Shown: positions 23,824 through 36,849 of the stretch, piece by piece
How positions within the stretch are numbered: the stretch's first letter is position 1
Layout: every line of letters starts with the position of its first letter
Assembly (NCBI RefSeq): GCF_001194135.2
Contig: NC_068989.1
Location: forward strand, 24,603,820 to 24,647,237
Direction of reading: 5' to 3'
Origin: Octopus bimaculoides
Taxonomy: Eukaryota
Length of the DNA stretch: 43,418 bases
Position numbers and translations under genes: made by a program
The notes under the pieces: model-generated
The model's input: the letters and a program-made list of their open reading frames with translations, nothing else
Databases searched by the model: none
What the model was told of the DNA's origin: nothing

Positions 23824-24949
23824 TACGCATGCAGTCACATTTTCTATGTAATATTTTATCAAAACATTTTTCCCGGTTGTTATATCCTATCTTAGAGAAA
23901 TCATGCGTGTCTTATAAGCAAACGGCCGCCATCATAATTAGTGTTCTTTCTCATTCAGAGAATGAAAAGCGTTTATGAACGCATTTATATAAACCAGATG
24001 ATATCTAGACTATATCATCTGGCTGTTTGTATTTGGCAACAAATGTATAAGAATGATTATGCAACGTACCATACAAAATATGAAAAACTTTACTTAAGCA
24101 TTAAAGTATATATATATAACTTTTCTCTGAGATAACATTAGTTTATAACCGTAAGTGTAAGTCTAATGTGCTGATAACTGAAGCATCTTTATATTGAATT
24201 AGCGAGATTGGTCTTATTCAGTTCGGTGCAGTCAGAATCGTATCATGATCTCTAAGTTAACACACACACACACACACACACACATGTATGTACGTATGTA
24301 TAAAAATATTAGATATTACCGATGGAAGCAATATTAATATCGAATAGCAATGTTTATATCCTACTTAACGTGGATGTTATGTAAGGATGTTGTAATACTA
24401 CGGTATTCGTCCTGAGAGAGCACTGATAAATGTAGACGTTTAATACAGAAAATATTGACAGACGAAAATTGTCCAGCATCTGTGTGGAAGTGTTAGATCA
24501 CGTGATTTCAACGTGTTTGTGTTTCATCAGCTGCAGGAACCCACTATCACAGTTGCTGACCAAATCTTACTTCTTGCTCCCACTGTTATATAGAAAAAGC
24601 ACTAACCATCTATATGAGGTGCTCTCACAGCATGAATACCGCAGTATTACGGTTTCCTTGCAAAACAGCTACATTAAGTGCGAAATAAAGATTTCTGTTC
24701 GGTACTAATACTGCTTCCGACACTAACGATTTTTACCCAGGGTGCCAGATAGTTGCGGCACCAGTGCCTGATTAGACACCATTTTCCTGTATATCAGAGG
24801 AAGCGAGGTTTCGCCAGCAACAGTGATAGTGGACATTTACTGCTGACGAAGCACGAACACGCTGAAAGCATGTGATTTAGCAACTCCACCACCAGTGTGG
24901 ACAAGGTCTAAAAAGTGTTTTAGAGTAAGACCTTCGTTATGCGGGATTA

Positions 24950-25910
24950 CTGTGTATAGAAATTTGATATCGAGAGTGAAAAGGAGTCGAGAGAGGCAAG
25001 GAGGGAAGGAGGAAGAGTTAAATAAATAGAGAGCATGATTGGTGTCGTGAATGTGTGAGGGAAGGGAAGCTCATAGGAGGGAGGGAGGACACAGTCAAGG
25101 CAGTTGGAGATAAGTCCGGTGGGGTAGTTGTGGCAGAAACGATGGGGCGGCCAGCGTCTCTGAGCTTGTGGATTTTGGGAAGGAAGTAAATAGTGAGGAT
25201 GCGTGGGGTACGGACAATGAGATTGGAGGCGGTGGGAGGAAGATGGAAGGAGGAATGAAGTCGTGGATGGCGGAAGATACAATCTGTTGGTAGTTTGTCG
25301 TGGGGTTAGAGGGTAGATTGCAATAGAAGGGAGTGTCTTGTAGTTGGCGGAACGCTTCAGCCTTATAGTGGTCTGCACGCTATGCCACTATAGCTTCATC
25401 CTTGTCGGACGGTTTAATAATGGCGGCGTCGGAGACACGGAAAAGCAGAGAGTGCAGCTGGGGAGATATTGAAATGTCAGAGATACCTGCGAAAGTTAAA
25501 GCGGCCCACAACACGTCGACAGACGCTTACAAATTGATCAACTACTTGAAACTGAATGGGAGCTGGCGTCGAGTGGGATGGTCGGCGGCCCAGGTCAGTG
25601 AGACCGTCGTCTTCATTAGATACATGTGGAGTGTTATGGAATAGCGCATGCAGCCTGGCACAGCACACGAAGTGCTGGATATCAGCGAGGGTCCGAAACT
25701 TGTTATTAGACGGAGTGAGAGATATGAAATGGAAACCTCCACTAAAAAGAGAACGCTCTACTTCAGAGAGATGAGATCAGGAGAAATGGTAACAGCAGAG
25801 TGTAGTGGGGAGGAATTTGGGTGGAGGAAGTTCAGTTAGTTGGGGAAGAGGTAGTGGAGGCGGGGAAAGGCTGGGAAGAGAGAGAGAGGAAGGAGTAGTA
25901 TGGGAGAGGG
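24950..25910 (-). mobile_element. Penelope-like retroelement 5'/RT N-terminal fragment, frameshifted
   Basis: Minus strand AIIKPSDKDEAIVA*RADHYKAEAFRQLQDTPFY (IKPADKG-type motif), then YLLP...PTGLISNCLD. Confidence 0.75.
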
Positions 25911-26552
25911 TATATATACACAAATGCATGCGCGCGCACACACACATATATATACCTGCATATCGTATAAAATGCCATTTCGTTCGTATTTGCCAAAAAG
26001 CAAGTGTCATATCCTGTATTTTGCCCGAATAAGATATACAACTTTCTACATTAATGGTTTGTGCAGTTCCTTAGCATAAGTTTTAATATTGTACATTCGT
26101 AAAGACATTAGAATGGCTCGCAGTGTTAAAGTAAATTTCTGGAGTGGGTATTACAGGAAGACAGTTGAATTTCGCCAAACATTTGTATAACTTGGTACTC
26201 AACTTGGTACACAACAGGTAACATTTCCACTGTTACCTGCCCTACTATTCCAAATGTTTCTGTACCATATACTATCATAAAAAAGCTCACTACCACTACC
26301 ACCACCTTTGACTAAAAGTGATGAAATTCGAACTGACGCCAGATATGTAACGACTGTATTGTCATTCTCCATGCCTTATAGTTGTATGATAAATGAGTGT
26401 ATGAAGAACTTTACCAATGGTTAAAGTAGGAGAATCAATATCCAAAAGAAATTTGAATAACAGACTTTATTAATAATATTTTAATAATATTGTGTAAAAT
26501 GAACTGCTTTATTTGTCACCTGATTCTAAAACTCTTTAATTTTACTTTCTAG

Positions 26553-26707
26553 ATGTAGCATACAACATCAATAGTGAAAAGGGTGACTGTAGACTAACAG
26601 AAGTCTCCAAAGATTTAGCCGATAAAAAGAAGAGCCGACAGTTGACCATGGTGAATTCTAAACAATTCTTCGGCTTGAGAAATGGAAATTTCACATACCA
26701 AGGCGTT
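26553..26707 (+). CDS. Exon 7: (D)VAYNINSEKGDCRLTEVSKDLADKKKSRQLTMVNSKQFFGLRNGNFTYQGV
   Basis: tttactttctag acceptor; gtt|gtaagt donor; phase 1-0. KGDC parallels KGKC of repeat 1. Confidence 0.87.
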
Positions 26708-27601
26708 GTAAGTAAAAATTTTGCTTTATGTTTAATATTCAAAGCCTTTTCTGTTCATACATTCTCGAATTAACGCTAACGGACTTCCTCATCGCAGTCT
26801 AACAAGATTTCTTCTTCGACTTTTGGTTGTGAGATCTTTAAATAATAATTTTAAAATTCTATTCTTTCTAGGCCATCTCCTAAGTCAGCTGCCACAACTA
26901 TATTGAATTTAATGTTTTGTTAAAAAATAATTCATAGAGTGTATGCAAAATAGCAAAATTCCAAGCAATAACGTATCTGTTCATTCTTAATGCGTTTTTG
27001 CAGAATCAAACGTAAATATTTGATCGCTGTTGTTATTCTTCATCAGAGAACGCCTCCACGAGATGTTTCGCCATTATTGTGTGTCTTCACGGTGAAACTT
27101 ACTCCGCTGGATCAATGAATCTAATAAGAGTACGCGATCTTGTTTATAGAAATCAGTAAACAAATTATTTGCTTACGCGTGCTGACGTCTGCCAGACTGA
27201 GTAATAACAGAGTGCACGCAGAACCGCAAAAATACGAAAAATAACGTATCTGTTCACTGTATTTATTTAAAATTTATTTTATTTAAAATTAAATAACAGT
27301 ATGTAAATTAAAGCAAATTATTTACTTATAATCAGGACAACAGGAAAAATACAACTTTTACGGCCAGTTTTCATTCATAAAAATTACAATGGTTTACCAT
27401 CTGCACCATGGTAAATCTGGCGTTCGAAGGAAATCTGTGATGCCTTAAGCCCGAATTTATATATTGTTTAATGTATATATTGTTTAAATTAGGTCGGTGT
27501 TCAGATAATGATTTCAGTGAAAAAGGATACTGCCCTTGATGGTTTTGTCGAATAAAAGAAAGCGAGCAGATTGTACTTATGTCAATGTGTGTTGAGCTTG
27601 T

Positions 27602-27710
<109 letters not shown>

Positions 27711-28046
27711 GTGTATGTATGTGTGCATATGTGAATGTGTGTATATATGTATGCGAATGTGTGTGTGTATGAGTGCGCATGTTGGTGTGCATTTGTGTTT
27801 AAAGAGAGAGAGAGAGTCGGACGATTAGAGAACAAATGGATAGATAAAATGGTGGGACGAGATAAACGATAGATAGAGAAAAAGAGACAGACAGAAAGAA
27901 AGAAGGAGGGAGAGGGAGAGAGAGAAAGTATGAAGAAGGAGTGTGTGTATGGTTGTATGGAGAACGAAATGGATTAAGAAAACGATAGCCAGAACAAGAA
28001 CAATGAGAGGAAAAAAGTAAAAGTAAATAGACAATTATACAAATAG

Positions 28047-28077
<31 letters not shown>

Positions 28078-28088
28078 GATAAAGATAG

Positions 28089-28159
<71 letters not shown>

Positions 28160-29014
28160 TGTGTGTGTGTGTGTGTACAACCCAGTTGATGGACAACCAA
28201 AAGGCAGGTTGAAGTCTCGTGTCTTGTTACATTTATTTCATTACAAACAGTGGCACTACTGTAAAGTGACAAGCGTTTGTTTTCTAACCCGTAGTTAAGC
28301 TCTGATTAAATAGGTATGTCTCTGAACTAAGGAAGAAACCTGTACATGGTCACTCAAACTGCTAGAAACGATAGTGCCAGCCCTTTCAAATTATACTCTA
28401 AGGTCTTTAAAAAAGAGGGGCGCATTGGATAATGTAGTCCTAAATATACTTGCTTTGTACTGGAACCTTAACTCCTTGATGAAATCATAAAGATGCCGTA
28501 GTGATATACAGTATGTCTTGGGGAATTTTCAGATTTGGCGGATTCCATCCCTCTTCAGATCTGAAGAACTCAGTCAGTTCTTCCATGAGAGAGAATGTCA
28601 GACAGGCCGTTAGACAGAAAGAGTGAGAAAAGAGAAAAATCGACCCCATACAGGAGTGGTACTTTATATCGAATGAAGGGACTATCAAAGTCTAGCGTAT
28701 CCGCTGATTCTTTCATCGATCTTATTTTCTACTGTTGTTCTCCATCGACTATCTTCACTTTACTTTGGAAACTTCCCTTTTATCTTCACAGATAACCAGT
28801 CATCCCTGATTCCTTTTATCTTCTAACGGGTTACGGCTTCATAATGTTCCTTTGGTTTTATTTCTAGGGTTGGTTGGTCTCACCTTTATATGCACAGCTA
28901 TAACTGTATAGGATGCAATATATAAAAATCTTGATCTCGAGTCTTTTTAATGTAACTTTATTAAGGAGAGCTGCCCTCAAAAACAAATTTTTTTTAAGTA
29001 TGTTTTATAATGTA

Positions 29015-29956
29015 CTAGCAGAGGCATCCGGCGTTGCTCGGGAATGAAATTGTTGCTTATGTACTTGAAGAAAAAAAGGCAAAATATGCTGTATAGAAAT
29101 TTGAGGACATTCTGTAGATGGACTCTCAGATGAATGATGGCTGGGCACCTCTCATGAATGGGGAAAATTGAAGATGTGCCAAAAAGCCTCATTGGTACTT
29201 GGAAACTTTTACGAAAATTAAAATGGGGATTAAATGAAAAAAAATGATTTACGTGAATATCCTCACAAGAGTAATTGAAATAAATGGCGATTGTGGAACC
29301 CCNNNNNNNNNNNNNNNNNNNNNNNNNNNNNNNNNNNNNNNNNNNNNNNNNNNNNNNNNNNNNNNNNNNNNNNNNNNNNNNNNNNNNNNNNNNNNNNNNN
29401 NNNNNNNNNNNNNNNNNNNNNNNNNNNNNNNNNNNNNNNNNNNNNNNNNNNNNNNNNNNNNNNNNNNNNNNNNNNNNNNNNNNNNNNNNNNNNNNNNNNN
29501 NNNNNNNNNNNNNNNNNNNNNNNNNNNNNNNNNNNNNNNNNNNNNNNNNNNNNNNNNNNNNNNNNNNNNNNNNNNNNNNNNNNNNNNNNNNNNNNNNNNN
29601 NNNNNNNNNNNTGTGAGACAGAGTGAGAGGTCGGTGTGTATATAGTATTTACTCTCTCTCTCTCTCTCTCTCTCTCTCATACACACGAACACACACACTC
29701 ACACACAAAATAGAGAGTGAAGCTTGTTGCCGTTTTTACGTCAATACCGGAAGTTGACATTGAGGAACCTTTTTAAAGAAGTGAATCTTAAATATAAAGC
29801 AATATTATTTATTTTTAATTAAAAAAATCAAATGAAGAGCCTAAGAGTTATCCGAGGTCAAATTATTCACGCATCACAAGTATGGAAGCATTTGGTGAAG
29901 TCGATTTCACGTGAAAAGCGATTACACACACATCTCTGTTTTATATATAGTATAGA
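29015..29956 (-). mobile_element. Non-autonomous Helitron-type element with both termini (spans an assembly gap)
   Basis: Minus strand begins A|TCTATACTATATATAAAAC and ends with a GC-rich imperfect hairpin (cccgagcaacgccgga) then CTAG|T: the A/T insertion site, TC and CTAG hallmarks. Confidence 0.65.
29303..29611. other. Assembly gap (N)
   Basis: Run of N. Confidence 1.
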
Positions 29957-30463
29957 TAAACCGCAGATGTATACAACACCTCAAATGTAAGGTAGACCAT
30001 TCCACCCTGCTTTTGAAGTTGGTATTACGCTTGCCGGATTGTTATTCTTCTGAGTGGTCTTTCTAATCTTGATCATCTCTTGTTATATGTCTAGGTTACT
30101 CTTTTCCTGGATGTTGTAGACTGTGGACAGCTCCTTTTTTCACGTTGTTTGGATGGTGGGAGCCAAAATTCAAGTATTGTCTTGTGAAAGTGGACTCGCA
30201 ATACAACAATGTCGTGAATACTCAATTTTTTATTAGTCCGTCAAGGAAGGACAATTGGGGATACTTCATAGAGAAACACTATGATGGCTCAGTTGTGACT
30301 AGGAACCAAGCAGGAGTTCAGCTCATTATTGTGTTACTAAAGTATATTTATGTAGGTTCAAGTTTTACAACTTAGTGTTTTATTGGAGTTATATCTCACA
30401 GAAACATTCCCATATACTGAGAAAAACAAAGAGGGGTAGAAAGAAAGATAGATAGATAGATAA

Positions 30464-30511
<48 letters not shown>

Positions 30512-31165
30512 GAATAACAAAAAGGTGGTTAGAAAAACGGCTATGATTGACGTCACAACGAATAAGCTAAAAGTAACACCTCTAGAAAACGATAGAAATA
30601 AAAATTCGTTCAACTGAAAAATTGATGTTCAAATTTGACTCAATCAACATTGAAAGACAATACGCCTGAACAATTCATCGTCAAAACTTCTATCGTAAAC
30701 TATATGCTGAATAAATTACAAGAAAAAAGTTTATTTGGTTGCAAAATACATGACAAAAGCTGCGTGGTTAATGAAATTTTCTTTGCAATTATGTGGTTTC
30801 CTTTTAATCCCACGGAGCGAAACAGCACTTTGGACAAATGTGTTCTATTTTGCACTCTGATGAAATTTTGTAGTTAGAGAATGTGCAGAACCCCGTGAGG
30901 TATATAAAAGGCGTTCAGGTCATCACTGTGTAACTAACGAATATAAATACAAGTTTAGTGGCCATTTTCCTTTTAAATAATGATGGCAGTTCTGCATAGA
31001 TGTATTACTTGAAACATCATCTTTATAGTCTTTGTAACAGAAATACACGGGTGAAATGTCTTATCTCTGACAGAATCTACCAGAATAATTCTCCTTTGTG
31101 ATAATGCTCTTTGGATTTTTACTTTGAGCGTTAATATAAAACTCTTGCTTTTAACATGGGAATAC

Positions 31166-31231
<66 letters not shown>

Positions 31232-32932
31232 GTCTGTCGGTCTCTCTGCCTGTTAGTCAGTCTGCCTGTCTGTCTGTTTTTCTGTCTGTCTGTCTGTTGT
31301 CTGTCTGTCTGTCTTAGAAGTAAACTTAAAATACTCGCTGGAGCTCCTTATTTGAAACTGTAAGTCTAAGTTATAAACTGTAAATCGCAGATCATAAGTA
31401 ATCAGTAGTGACAAACATATTGAGAATAACAACGATAACACTGATGATGATGATGATGATGATGACGATGATAAAGTGTTGATGATGAAGTGATGATTGT
31501 GATGACCATGACGATGACGGCGATGATGATGTACTCATGGCAACGATAATGATGTGGTGATGATGTTTGAGTGAAAAACTTTGGAATATGTTTCAATGAA
31601 AATCTAAAATTGGATGACTTAATCGATGATAAACAATTGGCAAGAATGTGGCTTGGATTAACACAGTCTGATTTGGTAAGTCGTCAATAAAGAACTGGTC
31701 ACAAACCGTTCGACTGAAAAATGCTAAGGCGGTCTTTTTAGAGTTTACGTCTGTCTGTCTCGATGTATGTATGTATGTATGTATGTATGTATGTATGTAT
31801 GTATGTATGTATGTATGTATGTACGTACGTATACCTGTCTGTCTCTGTACTTATGTATGTATGTCTATATGTGTGTACGTCTGTATGCATGTCAGTCTTT
31901 ATATTTGTTTGTCTATCTGCCTGTCTGATTGTCTGCCTGTCTGTCAATACATTTGACGTAATGGGTCATGTAGAAATAATGAGTTGACTGTTTCCCTAAA
32001 GGCTGATAGAGAGATATTAGATGCTTTTAGAAAAGACCTTATTAACATCTTCAAACCTTTCAATAACTATAACAACTAACTCAAGTATCAGAAATTTTCT
32101 ATACGTTATCTTTATAGTAATGTAAATTCCTTCTATCCACCTAGTTTTCAGAAACGTGCTAAATGATTTTATTATACAAGACTCTCCAAACTATCTTCAG
32201 AAAAAGAAAAAAAAAAAAAAAGATTTCATAAATCAGCATCCTATTATAATAATGCATCAAACACTAGTGGATACAAAGATAAGATCACATAATATGTCCC
32301 TAACCAACCATTATACAATACTAAAAAGAAACATTGCAGTAAGCTATAGATCAGACCTTTCCTTAAACGTTAGGTCTTAAATCGCTAAAATCTCCCTAGC
32401 TCTAATAGATAGGCGTTCATAAAGTAACCACTGCCTACAGAATAAAGGAATTCTAAAGCAGAAATATAGCTGCAAAAGTAACCTGGAAAAAATTAATAAG
32501 TTATACATAAGCTAAATTAAGATGGGTAGCTTTATATGCAGAAACAAAAATGCATACCCTTTTTTGTCATGTAATACTGAAGTGATCATATACGAAGCGC
32601 AAATCAACTCTTCAAAGTCGTACCTTAATATTATATCAAATACTATGTAGGTATGGTGTAAAGTCAATTCAAATAGCATTACTTCAATCATAATTTTATT
32701 TTCAAGACTACAAAAAAAAAAAAAAAAAAGGGACTACCAAATATTATCTAATCACATTTAAAATTTTAAAAATACATGTTATTGATTTTGTTACGAAGTG
32801 AAATATATTTAGGTAAGTCAGATAATATAGAAACAATACAGAAAGATGCGTATTAACTGTGGATGATAAATGCCTTATCCTGAAAATTCTTAAAAACTGT
32901 TTAACATTTTTCTAAATGAAAGATGTAAATAG

Positions 32933-33042
32933 CGGAAGTGAGCTAGAACGTCAAAGCTCAGTGCGCATGCAGAGCAGAGTTGAAGGTCGGTTTGTGCCAA
33001 GTGGCTTTATTCTGTGTGCTTTAGCCTCGTTACTATAGCAAC
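32933..33042. promoter_or_regulatory. Intronic motif cluster: ETS (CGGAAGTG), NRF1-like (TGCGCATGCA), RFX X-box (GTTACTATAGCAAC)
   Basis: Motifs at 32933-32940, 32962-32971 and 33029-33042, in a GC-richer island within very AT-rich flanks. Confidence 0.35.
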
Positions 33043-34279
33043 AGTTCGGATACTTATTGATCAGCCCACGTATATATAATATATATATGTATATATAATC
33101 ATTCATTTATTATTATTTCAGTTAATAAAAATAAAGGATATTTTACCTCAATGTACATAATTCTAACAAGCATAATATCGTATTTCAAACATTTAATATA
33201 TATATATAAAATTAATTTATTTAATTTAATTATATCGAGTGATTATAAGTAAATAGTATAACCTTTAACATTAATACGAATTAATTTGGTTTTAAATAAA
33301 CTTCTAATAGATATTTGATCGAACTGACAGGACTATAAAATATTTTTTAATTTTTACTTATTTTTTACTTACTTGAATTATAATCTTTGCAAATATATAC
33401 ACACAATATACAATATAACTTTTTTAAACTTCCTTAGTTTTTGATTTGAATCTCTTCAAGGAAGATGTAACCTTCATTTTATATAAATATAAAGACAAAA
33501 AACTCTGAAAAGATTCTGCCCCATACAGGTAAAAATGATAACCGATTCTTAACATTGGATTTGACCAAACTGCTTCGAATTAGGCATTTTAAGGGGTCAG
33601 AATCGAACATATGTAGCTTTTCTGAGTTTCTTTTGCATTTAAAAATTTATTTGTATTTAAACTTTAACTTCAAAATATGATATACACACAAACACACACA
33701 CATATATATGTTAGAGACAGGTGTTGTCTGTATAGAATACACTTCGAAATGCTCTAGAGATTTGAACTTGAGCCGGTAGATGAGTAAATTTAATGACAAG
33801 TAAGTTAGGGAAATTGATTTACACAGGATATTAAATACATTTAATAGAAAAAAATGTTTGTGTATGGATATAAAATAGTCCAACTTACAGAATATAAATG
33901 ATATCAGAAGTGAAATGGGTAATGTTTTACGAGTCCAAAAGCTGTTTCTGGGTACTTACTGATCCGGAATAATGATAGTTACTTGGATCCATTATCGGAT
34001 AGTTCCGCGTCCGTCTTCAGGGGAGACTTTTAAATATTGTCTGGTTTAAAAAGCAACATCAGTCGCCATGATGGTGCTAAGGTGTAGGTACAGGAGGTGG
34101 TCAAACTCTGTATAAGGAGTAGACAACCACCATATATATATGCTTGTTTGTTGTACCTTGTTTATCATTTTGTCCATGTTCTTTTGCCACGTCATGTACC
34201 CAGTTATGTATCTATATGTACATGTAGATGAAGGTATGTACATACATGTACATATATATGCATATACTCATATATTGTT

Positions 34280-34313
<34 letters not shown>

Positions 34314-34314
34314 T

Positions 34315-34361
<47 letters not shown>

Positions 34362-35035
34362 GTAAAATGGTCAAAAACCTACCATGGAGAATGGAAAATC
34401 CAAGTTTACCGCAGCCAGTTTTCATAACTTTGAGGATGTAAAACTCTGTTGTTTCTGATTACTTTTTCTCCTGTCAGCTTTTCCAGTGACAAAGAATCTG
34501 TCCGAAACACTGGATTTTTCACCCACCACGCTAAATGCGTTGTACTCTTTGTGTTTGATCAATTTTACTAAAAAACTCTTGCTGGAAACCTATTACTGAT
34601 ACCTAATCGCTTAAGTGAAGTGACGTTGAACCAAATTTACATAAAAGTGTGTCGTTTTGAAAAATATAGGAACAGTCGATGCCGCAAGACATTAACCAAG
34701 TTATTCTCAATAGTTTTGATGATAGCACACAAGTCAGAGTTCAAATCTCAAGGGATCAAGTTCACACAACTCGCTTACGGAATCGATATTTGTCATATTC
34801 TAGAATCTATGTAATCGATTGTTCTTTTCTCACTAAAAATATTCTTGCGTCCGACCGCTCACTATTGCTGGCCTTTTGAGGCTTAGTCCCATTTTCAACA
34901 AAGGGAGATACTGCGATGTAGTTTCAAGTAATCGTCTTCATCGCGGTTCTTCAGTCATTTTGGGGTTTCACAAGTAAACGAGAAAATAAGTTTTTTCTAA
35001 TTTTTCTTTTTTCTTTTTTTTTTTTTGTCTTGCAG

Positions 35036-35131
35036 AGAAAGGTTCGCGATATCGATTGTGACGTGTGGGTTGGTAAAGTTTCTGACGAACATTTGAAGGA
35101 TTATGTCACCGAAATTTACTTCTCAACAATA
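35036..35131 (+). CDS. Exon 8: RKVRDIDCDVWVGKVSDEHLKDYVTEIYFSTI
   Basis: Long poly-pyrimidine tract plus tgcag; ata|gtaagc donor; phase 0-0. VRDIDCDVW and YFS parallel IRGIWCYHW and YFS. Confidence 0.87.
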
Positions 35132-35804
35132 GTAAGCGAGTATTTTTTTTAATGTAAATTGATCAAACAGATTTTTATGATTATTCTGGTGGAAGTCTCT
35201 TGTGACGGTTAAGCAGCAGAACTATGAAAATGCGTAACTTGTGCAACAAAAGGATTCGGTTTCAAATCCTTCCTATACCACACTAAATTTTTTCATATCT
35301 CTAAAGAAAAAAAATGTAAGCTAAAAGGCCGTGTTAATCGTTATACCAGTAGAATCGTCTCTTTACGTTTTAAGTTCAGATCTTACCGGAGCATTCTTCT
35401 GGGATCAAGAAAATAAACATCATCCATGAAATCAATTTATTCTAATGCTATTTCCACTTTTATATCTCTGGCATTATGCCTACATAAAAATTATTATTAT
35501 TACTACAATTTAAGCGTTGACCTGTTAGAATCTTTAAAGCATAAGGAAAATGTTTTACAATGTTTGTTAAGGCTCTTACGTTCTGAGTTTTCAGACTGTC
35601 CCAGCATGGCCGCAGTTTAACGACTGGAACAAGTAAAAGATGAAAGATAAAAGATACGTTTGAAAATTTTTAACAAACTGTTTCTATACCCTTGTACGAC
35701 CATAATTTCATTGTTTTATTTACTTCGTCTCGTAAGACAAGTTTTCGGTCCGACCCCTGATATATAGGATAGGCAAATAACATCTATCTATATGATGGAT
35801 AATA

Positions 35805-35978
35805 GTTTCAAATCCTGGTACAGGGCCAACAATTTTGGTGGTATGGGGTTTCGTCTATTACGTCGACACTAGAATTTGATTTGTACTTTATTTTATCGAC
35901 TCCAGCTCTTGAATGGCACTTATTTCATCGACCCCGAAAAGATAAAATGCAAAACTGACCTTGGCGGTAGCTGGAACC
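35805..35978 (-). mobile_element. Degenerate SINE of the 2033-3420 family, just upstream of exon 9
   Basis: acttatttcatcgaccccgaaaagataaaatgcaaaactgaccttggcgg. Confidence 0.6.
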
Positions 35979-36054
35979 TATTGAAAATTAATGATTTCCT
36001 TGACTAACTTACAAATCTTTTAATAAATTTTGTTTCCGTTCATTCATCCAATAG

Positions 36055-36123
36055 AACGAATTAGATAACGGCATAAAAACGAGAGGCCAGCTTGTTGGAT
36101 TTTCAGCGTTTATGTCAGATGAG
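36055..36123 (+). CDS. Exon 9: NELDNGIKTRGQLVGFSAFMSDE
   Basis: ttcatccaatag acceptor; gag|gtaagt donor; 69 nt, phase 0-0. Fills the ~23-aa gap predicted by aligning repeat 2 to repeat 1. Confidence 0.72.
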
Positions 36124-36359
36124 GTAAGTAACTACAAAGTATTGTCGCACATGCTAAACCGGTATACATTCTTGCATAGTACATGATCACATAGTACATG
36201 GTCACATTTACAAACCCTAATACACACAAATACATATATACATATATATGTATGCATGTATCTATCTATCTATCTATCTACATCCATCCATCCATCCATC
36301 CATCCATCCATCCATCCATCCATCCATACATACATACATACATAAAATACCTAATAAAC

Positions 36360-36765
36360 AAAGGAGACAGAAGATGGAACCGAAAATGTAGATTATGTTA
36401 TACTTCTGTAGAAAATATCACACGTGTGATTAGCAGCTGCCTAAAAATGTCATCAAAGTACTACTTCCCTATGCAGTACAATGTTGTAACAAAATCAATA
36501 TATAATGCCATTCGGAAAAAAGACTATCCTCAAATAAATGCATCATTGAATAATACATACACAAACGTCAACACAAGGAATGCTTGTGAAACATTCTCGT
36601 TAAAACATCTGTCAAGTGTAAGCATAAATGACCGGGTATTGTTGTTTGAGTCAAACAAGAATAAATATGTACCGTCATAGAGGGCAGTTGTCCTGCTGAC
36701 GTGAATAGCTCTTCGAAAATGAAAGAGAAGAAGATAGTTATGGATGACTGCTTCAAAATCTCCAG
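36360..36765 (+). mobile_element. Non-LTR retrotransposon 3' fragment with zinc knuckle and restriction-like endonuclease remnants (R2/R4/NeSL-type group)
   Basis: [26 protein letters not shown] (CCHC knuckle-like), then frameshifted ...IKTSVKCKHK.PGIVV...TVIEGSCPADVN...KEKK (PD-D/ExK-like). Confidence 0.65.
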
Positions 36766-36849
36766 CTGCTATATTTAGATTATAAATTCATATTTATTCC
36801 AACAATAATTGGTACACTTGGATATCCCCTCACTATTATAGATACTGTC

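Noticed and set aside
24843-24875. CTGACGA-AGC...GCT-GAAA-GCATGT hammerhead-like string
   Set aside because: Canonical core but only a 3-bp stem II, no valid NUH triplet and no stem I partner; at best a decayed PLE end.
27040-27560. Possible Tc1 transposase remnant
   Set aside because: No diagnostic motif or terminal repeat could be recovered with confidence.
31430-31565. Poly-His ORF
   Set aside because: Degenerate (GAT)n microsatellite read on the minus strand.
33940-34513. Further hammerhead-like remnants (CTGAAGA at ~34015-34022 minus; ccagTGACAA...TCCGAAACACTGG at 34483-34513)
   Set aside because: Cores or stems are too degraded to support a call.
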